Assembly (NCBI GenBank): GCA_964016885.1 | Contig: OZ024740.1 | Span: 233,678,001-233,742,000 of the forward strand | Origin: Eledone cirrhosa | Taxonomy: Eukaryota | Direction: 5' to 3' | Length of the DNA: 64,000 nucleotides | Shown: one piece after another, positions 45,685-59,125 of the stretch | Position numbering within the stretch: the stretch's first letter is position 1 | Layout of the letters: each line of letters opens with the position of its first letter | The notes under the pieces: generated by a model | What the model was told of the DNA's origin: nothing | The model's database searches: none | Seen by the model: the letters and a program-made list of their open reading frames with translations, nothing else | Program-made: the position numbers and the translations under genes

Positions 45685-46975
45685 GATGGTAATAGTCAAG
45701 ATGGAGGTGGTGGCAGTTATGGCGGTTGCAGTGATGGTAATAGTCAAGATGGAGGTGGTGGCAGTTATGGCGGTTGCAGTGATGGTAATAGTCAAGATGG
45801 AGGTGGTGCCGGTTATGGCGGTTGCAGTGATGGTAATAGTCAAGATGGAGATGGTGGCAGTTATGGAGGTTGCAGTGATAGTAATAGTCAAGATGGAGGT
45901 GGTGGCAGTTATGGCGGTTGCAGTGATGGTAATAGTCAAGATGGAGGTGGTGGCAGTTATGGCGTTTGCAGTGATGGTAATATTTAAGATGGAGGTGGTG
46001 CCGGTTATGGCGGTTGCAGTGATGGTAATAGTCAAGATGAAGGTGGTGGCAGTTATGGAGGTTGCAGTGATGGTAATAGTCAAGATGGAGGTGGTGGCAG
46101 TTATGGAGGTTGCAGTGATGGTAATAGTCAAGATGGAGGTGGTGACAGTTATGGAGGTTGCAGTGATGGTAATAGTCAAGATGGAGGTGGTGGCAGTTAT
46201 GGCGGTTGCAGTGATGGTAATAGTCAAGATGGAGGTGGTGGCAGTTATGGCGGTTGCAGTGATGGTAATAGTCAAGATGGAGGTGGTGGCAGTTATGGAG
46301 GTTGCAGTGATGGTAATAGTCAAGATGGAGGTGGTGGCAGTTATGGCGGTTGCAGTGATGGTAATAGTCAAGATGGAGGTGGTGGCAGTTATGGCAGTTG
46401 CAGTGATGGTAATAGTCAAGATGGAGGTGGTGGCAGTTATGGAGGTTGCAGTGATGGTAATAGTCAAGATGGAGGTGGTGGCAGTTATGGCGGTTGCAGT
46501 GATGGTAATAGTCAAGATGGAGGTGGTGGCAGTTATGGAGGTTGCAGTGATGGTAATAGTCAAGATGGAGGTGGTGGCAGTTATGGCGGTTGCAGTGATG
46601 GTAATAGTCAAGATGGAGGTGGTGGCAGTTATGGCGGTTGCAGTGATGGAAATAGTCAAGATGGAGGTTGTGGTGGCAGTTATGACGGTTGCAGTGATGG
46701 TAATAGTCAAGATGGAGGTGGTGGCAGTTATGACGGTTGCAGTGATGGTAATAGTCAAGATGGAGGTGGTGGCAGTTATGGAGGTTGCAGTGATGGTAAT
46801 AGTCAAGATGGAGGTGGTGGTAGTTATGGCGGTTGCAGTGATGGTAATAGTCAAGATGGAGGTGGTGGCAGTTATGGAGGTTGCAGTGATGGTAATAGTC
46901 AAGATAGAGGTGGTGGCAGTTATGGCGGTTGCAGTGATGGTAATAGTCAAGATGGAGGTGGTGCTAGTTATGGTT
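45685..46975. repeat. 48-bp minisatellite, ~27 copies
   Basis: Unit GATGGTAATAGTCAAGATGGAGGTGGTGGCAGTTATGG(C/A)GGTTGCAGT. One 3-bp insertion near 46668. Confidence 0.95.
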
Positions 46976-47119
46976 GTGGTAGTGCCAGTGTGTAGACAAA
47001 CGACTATATTGAAACTGATGGCTCGCAATGAGTTCTACCGGTGTTTAACATAAGGTGTATTGGAGCATAACATTCTGAATGATATTCTTTTAGGATAGGA
47101 TCTCACTGGAGTAGGGCGG

Positions 47120-47203
<84 letters not shown>

Positions 47204-47334
47204 ATATACACACACACAAATACGAAAACATATGTGTGCGTATATGTTTCCAAAATATATAAGTATATATGAATGTAGTATGTATCAACTTGCATATATA
47301 TATATATAACATACATATATATATATTATATATT

Positions 47335-47524
<190 letters not shown>

Positions 47525-47928
47525 CACATATATATACACATATATATAGTATATATATATATATATTATATATATATTATATATATATTTATATATACAT
47601 ATATACATACATATATTTATATATATATAAATATATATATGTGTGTGTGTTTATTTATGTATGTGTTTATATGAGACTCTATATATTTAAGTATATGTAT
47701 ATGTAAACAATCAGAAACGTAATTAAAGACAGATAGACATACTGTTGGATATGAAGACCAATGAGAAAAAAACAATGGAAAATATAATCCGACTCTTAGC
47801 ATCTGTGTGAGTAGCCATATAGGGTTTCTCATTGTATGCATGCCTACTTACACACACACGTGCACACACGCACAAACACACGTGCCCGTATACACACATA
47901 CACACAAATCCACACACAAACACATATT

Positions 47929-47966
<38 letters not shown>

Positions 47967-47998
47967 CATACAGATATTTATATATATATAGATATATA

Positions 47999-48042
<44 letters not shown>

Positions 48043-48050
48043 GATATATA

Positions 48051-48103
<53 letters not shown>

Positions 48104-48225
48104 GTGTTTGTGTGTGGATTTGTGTGTATGTGTGTATAATAACTGAATTGTTTCTTTCCGAGCACTACGTTCCTCAATTTGTCATTCCACGAGAGTATCT
48201 TGGTAAGCCTATGAACTTTTCAGCC

Positions 48226-48306
<81 letters not shown>

Positions 48307-48373
48307 TATACATACATAGCCGTCGAAACGGCTTGAGCTCAGCCGTCGGGGTCTTACTCGTTCCTATATATAC

Positions 48374-48417
<44 letters not shown>

Positions 48418-48581
48418 CGAAGGAGTTGTGGTAAGAAACCAGATGGACCATAACGCACCACAGTACGGCTTGAGCTCTGCCGTCGGGGTCATACTTTTTC
48501 CTATTACCCACTCTACTACTCTAAGTATTGAGTACTCTGGTGCGTTATGGTCCATCTGGTTCCTCACCACAATTCCTTCGT

Positions 48582-48704
<123 letters not shown>

Positions 48705-48986
48705 GGCTGAAAAGTTCATAGGCTTACCAAGATACTGTCGTGGAATGACAAATTGAGGAACGTAGTGCTCGGAAAGAAACAATTCAGTTATTAATAAGAG
48801 TTGAAATTAATGCATGCAAGATTTCAGAGCTCTAATCAGCCTCTGAACGCTTCAGCCCACCTTTGTATATATGTGTGTTTTTGTGTGTATGGTGGGGGGG
48901 ATAACCATCTACATATATATATACAATGTAGAAGGCTCAACATCATAAGATGCTTTCTTTTTAGGCATTATATATCTAAATTATTA

Positions 48987-49500
48987 GGTGGTGGATTGGC
49001 AATATCGGTAGAGAGTCGGAAGCTATGCTTTGACGCATGGAGTTACGGCCCTTGCCATTTTGAGTTCGAATCCCGCCGAGGTTAATTTTGCCTTTCATCC
49101 TTACGTGCTCGATAAAATAAAGTACCAGTAATACGCTGTGTAATTGCTGGCGTTGTGCCAAAAAGTAGAAACAATTATTAGGTACGATCTGAGTTCAAAT
49201 TCCGCCGAGGTTAACTTTGCCTTTCATCCTTACGGGGTCGATAAAATAAAGTACCAGTAATGCACTGGGGAAATTGCTGGCCTTGTGCCAAAAGTAGAAA
49301 CAATTATTAGGTGGATTGGCAGTATCGGAAGAGGGTCGGACGCCATGTTTTACAGCAAAGAGTTACGGCCCTTTATGGTCTGAGTTCAAATCCCGCCGAG
49401 GTTAACTTTGCCTTTCATCCTTACGGGGTCGATAAAATAAAGTACCAGTAATACACTGGAAAATTTGCTGGCCATGTGCCAAAAGTGGAAACAATTATTA
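48987..49500 (+). mobile_element. Three tandem SINE A copies
   Basis: Consensus at ~48987, ~49184 (5' truncated) and ~49310, each separated by ATTATTAGG. Confidence 0.9.
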
Positions 49501-49769
49501 GGGTAACTACTCTCCTCCTAGACATTTAGCATGAGGAGGGTATCTAACATGAGAGAAGCATGTCCGTTCCTTCCATTAGTTACCTTATAGGGTATGGTCC
49601 ACACCAAAATCTTGAATTAACTGCTCACTACTGTTGGATTTTGAATATACCCAAATGGATTCCTTGTTTTCAAATTGTATTGCTAATTTTAGTTATTCGA
49701 GATTTTACAACTCACAGCATTACATGTGGCAGTTTATCTTGTATATCTTCAAAAAGCGCATGTGTGTGT

Positions 49770-49825
<56 letters not shown>

Positions 49826-49844
49826 ATGTGGGTGTGTGTGTGTG

Positions 49845-49894
<50 letters not shown>

Positions 49895-50360
49895 TGTGTA
49901 TGTATTATATGTGTGTGCGCGTTATTATTAAGTTCAAAAACATTCAAAACTGTTCAATAACTGAGCATTTATTGAATTCTACCGCCAGCGTCCACGTCTC
50001 TGCACTTCGGTATATGCCAATCGGTATCATGAGTATACAGGCGTAATTTAGATAAAGGTTTATTTTTCTCTTTTGTCACCTTGCTTATTTCAGTCTCTCG
50101 AATAGCAAGTGTAATTCTACATACTATATTCACTAACCTTGAATGAATTTTGTTGCTAAAAATTTTATGGTAGTTATACATTCTCTACACGTATGTAATG
50201 TGTTCATCTTTTCCATTATTTTGCTATAAACGGGGTTAAATTTCTTATACAATGTACCACATATTTAAGCAATACTCTGTGCCATGCCTTTCAATTTAAT
50301 GAAGTTTGTCCAGGTGAGAGTTTTTACAGTGATGGCGATATCACAAAATAACTCCTTCAT

Positions 50361-50413
<53 letters not shown>

Positions 50414-50616
50414 ATATGATATATAATATAGAAATGGCTTCTACAGGACTAGAACTGTTTCAATCGGGAGAAATCATCTGGAAGCCCTGATGATTTCTCT
50501 CGAATGAAAGAGTTCTAGTCCTGTAGAAGCCATTTTGATATTAAATATTTATACTCTGTTATGTATTGAGTACCTTACTTACTGTGGTTACCCCCGATCG
50601 AACCCTGGATAAACTT

Positions 50617-50676
<60 letters not shown>

Positions 50677-50994
50677 TACAAATTATACAACTTTGGTTTC
50701 CATATATCAAGTTGAGAAACAACTAGTATTATGTACATATATATATAGAACGGCAAATAATAAATGTACTCACTTACAGAAAGAAACAAGCCAAAAATCG
50801 GCAAAATCTCACATACACGGCCGTTTCATGAATTTCAGAATATGACACTTATAATCGATTTTAATTATTGGTATCAATCGCTAATTATCAACTTTGGTAA
50901 TAAGCATCATTAAAATATGTAAATATTAAAGGGCTTGTCTATATACATATCAAACTGCTCACAAACTACTTACCTGCCGAAGCATGACGCCTGA

Positions 50995-51160
50995 ATAATT
51001 GTTTATTCTTTTGGCACAAGTCCAGAAATTATCTCAGTGTATTACTGGTACTTTATTTTATCTACCCCCGTAAGGATGAAAGGCAAAGTTAACCTCGGCG
51101 GGATTTGAACGCAGATCATAAAGGGCCGTAACTCTACCGATACTGCCAATCCACCGCCCC
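50995..51160 (-). mobile_element. SINE A (internal deletion)
   Basis: Family consensus lacking ~30 nt of the tRNA head. Confidence 0.85.
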
Positions 51161-51617
51161 TGTGAATAATACCGCTTGATGTTAAAATAATGTCTTATGG
51201 GAGAGCAGATATTACAGGACGGGTTATAATGAGTGCTAAAGATAGCACCAAACTAGTCCCTTTTAAGGTAAATCTATAAATTTAGTATTTTGAGTAGTTA
51301 TATACTATAATTAGATTTAATCTGTACATGCTGCTCCGAGCTTAATGTTCATTGAGCTTTCTTTGAGAAACAGAATCAATGTATATTTTATATGTATAGA
51401 TTAAATCTAAATATATACATATATTTGATGGGGTTGTATTCGCTTAGTATTGATGGGCGTGGGAATGTGTACACAATACCATAGTAAGATTAATATTCAG
51501 GCTAACTCAGAGTTCTGTTAATCTAGAATTTTGCATGTGTATCGAGAGTAATCAAATACTCTGCGAATACACAGGCAAAACCCCACAGTAACAGGAGTCT
51601 GAATTACAAACACACAT

Positions 51618-51650
<33 letters not shown>

Positions 51651-51692
51651 CACACACACATACATACATACACACACACACATACACACACG

Positions 51693-51742
<50 letters not shown>

Positions 51743-54316
51743 TATATATAATATATACACACACATATACATGCATACATACATATTGACTCAAGGGGAT
51801 TTTGTTTCCTAGGTATGAAGTGGATTAGCCGACAATTAGTGTCAGATAGCTTATGTGTTCTAACTCTGTCACTACACGTTGAGGGTTACACAAGGATGAA
51901 TTTCTTTGATGAAACACAATCTAGATAAGACTGAATGAAACAACCAGAAACAAAGAAACAACGCTTAGTTGATCCTCATTTCCCTTAAGGATCTTGTATG
52001 TTTATATTGGCTTTTGTAAAGCTTATGTATATTTTCTTAAAAATAAGATTACATTTACGTAAGATTCTAGTAGAGTTATTTATTTTAATGATAAACTTTT
52101 AAGCGAAAAAGAAAAACACAGTGGAATATGAATAAAAGCTTCTTGTCGGTTATGCATATAATTTTTGGTCATTGTTTCATCTGTTATTTTCATATACTTT
52201 ATATGAATTAACTCGAATCCCTAGAGATCTGCCGAAGACAGGAAGTTGTAGCAGAAGTCATTTCAATTGTTAGATAAGTTCGTTATTTCGACGTGCGGGC
52301 AACACCGTAAAAAAGCCCACTGGGTAAATAAGCAACTTTTTCTTAAATTTATTTTATATCTGTGAACTCGTGATTTCTTTTACATATATATAAGCGTGTC
52401 ATTCTAAACATGGCCACTACGTAACAATGTTTCTTTTTTATGTTACATTTCCGGCTTCAAAATTCTTTGAAAGTCTATTATCGTCTTTATTGTATTCTTC
52501 TGTTGTTATTTGTTATTGTTGCCTCTGCTGCTGCTGTCGTGCCTTTCGTTATTGATGTTACCAATGTCTCTCGGGAAATGGAACAACTTCTTTTTCTTGT
52601 TGAGAAATAAGTAAAATAATCTACTGTCATGCATTTTATTTGAAACAATAGCAATAGATGTTGTTCGTGAAAATATATCTTGGTTGTTTTTAGATTTTTT
52701 TATTTCTAAAATCCAGCAAAATTGTTTGTTATATTAGCAATCGTTATGACATCAACGTTGTCTAATATACAAGGCATCAAGTTGTGTAGCTAGGGACATT
52801 CACATACGACTGTATATCATTTCAGTTTGTTTTTACATGCCTGATCCTGAATTGATACAAATAGATCGCTTTTTTATTGAGATAGAGTGAAAAGGATTAT
52901 GTTTCATTGAACCAACAGACCCTCCCGTCGTTCATCACACGGGGAGGGGATTACAAGACTGACATTTTCAGTGATTTCTGTGTTAACATTTCCAAAATAG
53001 TTTAAATAAACTGAGTTTGTAAACATTTCTAAACATTTGTTCACATCTTTCGTGTTTATCATGGTTATGTGTATTAAAAATGACAGGAGCAAAATGTGAT
53101 GTGTAAGGAAGGGTTTATAGGTATTTAAACAATAACTGATGTACATGTTATCAATCCATTTATAATGTTCGTTAATACACACTTCAAAAATATTAATTAA
53201 TTAATTTTGTGAAGTGACTGCGTCTTTAGGTATCTCAGTCTCGTATTCTATTCTAAACCACTCCTCTTTCTCCACCCCTCTCCCTACTTTTCTCTTTTAA
53301 GTGTTTCTTAACGACATAACGCTAATTTTATTTCATCAGAAGCTTTTGTAATATATTTTTAAGGTCGTATGTAGTCATTTATAACGTCTGTGTACTTATA
53401 TAAGTATAAGTATGTATAACTTAGAGAATAAATAAAGACGCAGTAACCTCACAAAGTTAGGTACAGAAAATAAACATGCATATAAATACAAATACGTATT
53501 ATTAGATGGGATAAATGGGTATCAAAATTGATTTAACCCTTTAGCATTTACATTACTCAATATACTATTGTACTTTTACAGTAAAGGCTTTATCTCACAT
53601 AATTATTTCACATGATATTGAATCTATGAGATTTTGATGATTTTGATTTTGAGAACAATACCTTAACATCAGTATGAGAGGGTAGTTATGGCTGGTTTGA
53701 AGAGAAAGAGGTGAGAGAATTCTGGCCGGATACAGCAAGTTTAAATGCTAATGGTTTAAAAAGATAGGTGTATGCATTACAAAAGAAAGGAGTTCACAGG
53801 TATCAGTGCATCGCCTTAAAAACAATGAGGTTTTCTAAATATACTTATATTTTCTGTCTCCCAAACTTGCAGCACATCCATGTACTATACACGGCACAGC
53901 TTTTCCTCAGTACAATAAAATAGAATATCGCAAATGTTGTAGAATCGGTAGATTATAACACAAAATGCAGAACCTGTAGAACTTAGGACAAATAGTAAAA
54001 TCTGCAGAAAGATGGGAAATTTACCATGCTGTGTTTGGTTATATCTCTTAAATTTTTTATTTCAAATTTAGTCATGATTTAATTCTTACGAGTTTTTATT
54101 GTATTGTTATTTTTGTTTATCCCCTATGATCGAGCAGAAAAAATAAATTAGATAGGGTTAATTCTTTCTTTTTTATGTGTGTGTGTGTGTGGGGGGGGGG
54201 GTAGGCTTGAAAATCTAAATATTGGGGATAATTATCCTCCCTTGAAGAGATACAATATACATTCGTTAATACCACGGAAAACGTATTAATTCGGTCGGTT
54301 ATTATGACATTATCAG

Positions 54317-54500
54317 GGCGGTGAATTGGCAGTATCGGTAGAGGGTCGGACGCCATGCTTTCCAGCATAGTTACGTCCCTTTACGATCTGAGTTCAAATC
54401 CTGCCGAGGTTGACTTTGCCTTTCATCCTTACGGGGTCGATAAAATAAAGTACCAGTAATGCACTGGATAATTGCTGGCCCTGTGCCTAAAGTAGAAACA
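54317..54500 (+). mobile_element. SINE A with 16-bp target-site duplication
   Basis: TSD ATTATGACATTATCAG at 54301-54316 and 54501-54516. Confidence 0.95.
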
Positions 54501-54695
54501 ATTATGACATTATCAGCAATATATTTTCCGTATTGTTTGCAGCTGTGGTTGTTGTTGATTTTAATGATGATGATGATGATGAGGAGGACGAGGAGAAGGA
54601 GGAGGAGGGGGGTGACGACGAGGACAACGACGAAGATGAAGCGTTCGTTTCTGTAATTAAATGCTAATGGTTATTTTAATTCTCTTTATGTCTAG

Positions 54696-54904
54696 AAATC
54701 CATGAATGTGCTAACTGTGGTTCTGGAGACAACGTGATATGGCAAAGCGACACAAGACACTTCTTGTGTAGGCCATGCACAGCAAGCAATGCAGCCCATT
54801 CAGCCAGCACCAGTCACACACTGGAAAAACCCTCACCTATTTCAAGGGCATCGGTAATGAACCAGTCAAATACTAGCAGGTCCATGAACCAGAACAATTT
54901 TCCG
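54696..54904 (+). CDS. GATA: Internal coding exon of a GATA-family transcription factor (divergent N-terminal zinc finger)
   Basis: Branch-like CTAAT at 54664, pyrimidine tract, then TAG|AA ATC CAT GAA TGT. Translates (E)IHECANCGSGDNVIWQSDTRHFLCRPCTASNAAHSASTSHTLEKPSPISRASVMNQSNTSRSMNQNNFP|GTAAGT. This aligns by eye with the GATA finger ECVNCGA..TPLWRRDGTGHYLCNAC. Acceptor is phase 1 and donor phase 0, as in GATA N-finger exons. No stops in frame. The paralog cannot be assigned. Confidence 0.8.
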
Positions 54905-55014
54905 GTAAGTCATGAATAGTTGATAATTGTTTCTACCTTTGGCACAAAGCCACCAATTTGGAGGAAGTGGAAAGTCGATTATATCGATCCCAGTATTTTA
55001 CTGATACCTTATAT

Positions 55015-55480
55015 CAGAGGTCGGACTCTTTTGGGGTGTGCGAGCCACATTACTATGCAGTGTCTCATCAACGGGCCACATAGCTATGCAGTGTCTCATC
55101 GGCGGGCCACATAGCAATGAATGTCTCATCAACGGGCCACATAGCTATGCAGTGTCTCATCGGCGGGCCACATAGCGATGAATGTCTCATCAACGGGCCA
55201 CATAGCTATGCAGTGTCTCATCGGCGGGCCACATAGCGATGAATGTCTCATCAGCGGGCCACATTGCTATGCAGTGTCTCGTCGGCGGGCCACATAGCGA
55301 TAAATGTCTCATCAGCGGGCCACATTTCTATGCAGTGTCTTGTCCGCGGGCCACATAGCGATGAATGTTTCGTCAGCGGGCCACATTGCTATGCAGTGTC
55401 TCGTCGGTGGGCCACATAGTTATGCAGTGTCACATCGGCGGGCCACATAGCTACGCAGTGTCTTGTCGGCGGCCCAAAAT
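55015..55480. repeat. hAT-like MITE end with a tandemly expanded 30/31-bp unit (61-bp higher-order repeat)
   Basis: Starts CAGAGGTCGGACTCTTTTGGGGTGTGCGAGCCAC. About 14 units ATGCAGTGTCTCATCGGCGGGCCACATAGC / ATGAATGTCTCATCAACGGGCCACATAGCT. The unit resembles the reverse complement of 3761-3786. Confidence 0.75.
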
Positions 55481-55499
55481 ATCAAAATATAATAAATTT

Positions 55500-56005
55500 G
55501 TTTGACTGCTCTGTCTGGAAGGCTTTGTTTGTGTAAAATCAAATTTATGCCAAAGACTAAGAAAATAAACATTTCATAAAAAAAGAAACATAACAAATTC
55601 CCCAAAGCTGAGGAGACACCAAGAGTCACTCGTGGAGAAATCCCATAAAAAAACTACGGTCACCTTGTCCCCTAAGGCAAAATGCCCTCTCCCAGTTGTT
55701 CTTCCTCAATCGACAGGCGTATGCTCAAGCCAGGCCCATTCTCACGGTCTATGCTCGCCACTCTCACCGACCTTGCAACAAAATGGTTGGAAGGCAGTAC
55801 TTCCCTCTCTATACTGATTTTCCTCTTCAAGTGAGACCTGAAAAGGTTAATCAGGGCTTCACTGCAGAGGAAAGTGGCTGTCTTCAATCCTTTCAAACGC
55901 GTCCAGCATTAGACATCTTTTGCCATGGCCACCAAGCAGATACAAACTGCCTGTTCTTCTCCTCTAAAGGAAGATGGCGGCTTTTCCACTTGCAACAACA
56001 TAAGT
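55500..56005 (-). mobile_element. Tx1-like LINE 3' end
   Basis: Minus strand LVPMAKDV*CWTRLKGLKT..LFRSHLKRKISIEREVLPSNHFVARSV is homologous to the C-terminus at 23790-24060. Confidence 0.7.
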
Positions 56006-56179
56006 AAATAAAGGGAAAAAATAATTGTTAATGTTTTTTAGCATTATAAATGAGAGGCGGTGAATTGGCAGAGGCGTTAGTACGTTGGATAGATATTTTC
56101 TGAGTTCAAGTCCCAGCGAAGTCTATTTTGCCTTACATCCTTTATTGATTGATAAAATATATATGTCCAGTCAGTTATA

Positions 56180-56375
56180 TACCCATGACAAAAGGAATCT
56201 TTGAAGGGGACTCATTATTCTTTCTAAATTTATTTCTGTTTCCGTTCACAAATCTGCTGGATGAAACCTCCATTGCACAAATTATGAAACATCTCCGTTA
56301 TATCCATAAACTATTTACAAAGGACGATATCCAGCTGGAAAACCTATTGAAATGTGTCCATGAATTCGGGTAAAT
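56180..56375 (+). mobile_element. R4/Dong-like RT fragment
   Basis: KGIFEGDSL..LFPFTNLLDET..KHLRYIHKLFTKDDIQLENLLKCVHEF (cf. RGIFQGDSLSPL..SHL.YMDDLKL.AK....L..L...V..FS). The catalytic DD is lost. Confidence 0.6.
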
Positions 56376-56710
56376 TATGCAAGGGAGTGAGAGCTCGCCT
56401 TAGTGGTGGTGCCTAGTTATATTTTAGACAGGCATAGTACGTCAGAATATGACGTCTATACTATGCAATATAGTAACTTTGACCGACAATGGTAGGACAT
56501 ATGTTGTTTTGAAAAATCGAAGTGGGTTGTAGGACCAAAATACGAGGTGGGATTATACTATTCTCTTTCACTCTTTTCATCTATTCTTTCACGCAATAGA
56601 CATATTTCGCAGCCACAAGATAATTCGTGATTAATGAATTTATATGAATAATTATTGACCACTTTGGGTATAAATACCTCATTAAGGTACATTATAATGT
56701 AGGTGAATTA

Positions 56711-57062
56711 AGGGCGGTAGATTGGCAGTATTGGTAGAGGGTCGGACGCCATGCTTTGACGCATAGAGTTATGGCCCTTGCTATTCTGAGTTCAAATCCC
56801 GCCGAGGTTAACTTTGCCTTTCATCCTTACGAGGTCGATAAAATAAAGTACCAGTAATACACTGGGTAATTTGCTTGCCTTGTGCCTAAAGTAGAAACAA
56901 TTATAATGTAGGTGAATTGACAGCACAGTTACGTCCCTTTACGATCTGAGTTCAAATCACGCCGAGGTTAACTTTGCCTTTCATCCTTACGAGGTCGATA
57001 AAATAAAGTACCAGTAATGTACTGGGTAATTGCTGGCCTTGTGCCTAACGTAGAAACAATTA
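56711..57062 (+). mobile_element. Two tandem SINE A copies sharing a repeated target sequence
   Basis: ATTATAATGTAGGTGAATT at 56691 and 56900, and ATTATAATGTAG at 57059. Confidence 0.9.
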
Positions 57063-57420
57063 TAATGTAGCCTGATGTGTAGATATGTGTCTTCTGAATA
57101 CTGAGTGAGATCTTCATATGTCTTAAGCCAGAAGACTCATAAAGCCGGTGCTTATCCCGGTTTTATAGCGTTAAGCGACTGAGAGTACAAAACCTCCCCT
57201 GTCCAGGACGCCAGTCCAACGCAGGGTTAAACCACCCCCAGCTATTGCTAGTACTGATTTGCAGCTGAGTATACTGGAGCAACGTGAAATGAAGTGTTTT
57301 GCTCAAGAACACAACACGCAACCCTGGAATCGAACCCACGACATTGTGATCGTAACGCCACGTGCCTCCACAGATCTTCGTATATATACATACAAATATA
57401 TGTATAGTTACACACACCCG

Positions 57421-57494
<74 letters not shown>

Positions 57495-57537
57495 TATATA
57501 TATATCCGTATCTCCGTTTTTGTTTTCTTTATTCTTC

Positions 57538-57591
<54 letters not shown>

Positions 57592-58963
57592 AGAAGGTGA
57601 GTAATATTTTACAACAATAAAACTATGCATATATCAGATAAGTAGCACTCAACAGTTGGTAGAACTGGAGTATATATAATAAAGAAGAAATCCTACAAGA
57701 CCTTTCACAAAGTATATAGCTGATGTCCTATAACATATTCCATGAGTCACGGTTATCTTTACACATCTTTCATTATATTCTACAATGTATTAATTGGTTT
57801 TCTCATCATATAGTAAGCCTTTCATCTTTTTTTCTATAGCCTTAAATTTTGGCTCAAACCTTCGTGGATTTTGTAAACAAATTATGACGTCATATGTTTT
57901 TCTACGTTTATAAATCTTTCTAGCAATTTTCTAGCAATTTCCTTTATTTACTTGTTGTTATAAAATATTAAAAAAACTATACCCCACATATATAGATTTT
58001 TACTAAATATTATTAATTTTGACATAGATAAACTATTTTTATCTTTATTTTATTTTATAAAAATCTTTTTTTTTCTATATTTATTTTATTTTATTTTATT
58101 TTGTTTTATTTTATTTTATTTTAATACATTTTTACACTTCTTAATCCAATTGTCAGTATTTAAACCCAATATAAAATAATATATTTAGACCTCTAATATT
58201 TGAATACCGTCTATAATATTCGCACATACACCTCATCAATTTACTTTTTAACCGTTATTTACAGCTGTTTTCATTTTGTCAGCGTTCCTGATCAAAAGTC
58301 TCTCTCTCTCTCTCTTCCTTTTTTCTTCTTTTTTCCCTTTCTTCTCTTTCTTTTTCCTTTTTCTCCTCTTCTTTCCTTTTCTTCTATTTTCCTATCTATT
58401 TCTTACTATAGTATCATATGTAGACTTAGCACTTTCCTGTAAACAAGTGCTATTATGTCTCATATCATGTTAGCTTATGAGAACACAATTTTTGTCCCAA
58501 GGTGATTTTGTATTCGAAATGCGCATAATAAAATATATGGAACTCTTTTACACCATCTTTAAATTTCTTCTTTATTATATATATATATATATATATAGAT
58601 AGATAGATATATATATATATTTTTTCTATCGAATTGACTTTCGTCAAATCGGACCGAGGAAACAATGTTTCCGTTGGTCTTTCCAATTGCTAATACTATC
58701 TATCGGTCGCAACTCCAGGTAGAAGGACAACGTGAAATAAAGTGTTTTGCCAAAGGACATAACGCATCGCCCGGTCCGGGAATCGAACTCACAACCTCAC
58801 GATTGCGAATCCAATTGTCTAACCACTCAGCCATGCGCCTTATATATATATATATCATGATTCCAGTGAAATGACAACCCAACCAGGAACTGGGCATCTC
58901 AGAGTATTGACATAGCTATACACCTCAACAACATGTGTACTCGCCTCTACCACACTAATTTGG

Positions 58964-59018
58964 ACTGCCTGAAGAGGTCACAGCCAAAGATGGCTGTCAC
59001 CGAAATATATATAGCAAT
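58964..59018 (+). ncRNA. Minimal hammerhead ribozyme (intact core)
   Basis: ACTGC CTGAAGA GGTCACAGCCA-AAGA-TGGCTGTCACC GAAA TATATA TA GCAAT. Confidence 0.7.
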
Positions 59019-59069
59019 AATAAACGAAGCCAAATTTTAAACATTTGACTTATTTATTTTATTTTATTT

Positions 59070-59125
<56 letters not shown>

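Noticed and set aside
45608-47053. 481-aa Val/Met-rich ORF (+) and 461-aa Thr/Ile mucin-like ORF (-)
   Set aside because: Both are open only because the 48-bp unit lacks stops in those frames. The composition is implausible and there is no domain or supporting gene structure.
51812-51930. Acceptor-like TTTTGTTTCCTAG followed by a short ATG ORF
   Set aside because: Short, ends in a stop, has no recognisable motif and no compatible donor.
55050-55476. CRISPR-like 30-bp periodicity
   Set aside because: Units are contiguous with no unique spacers, the context is eukaryotic, and there are no cas genes.
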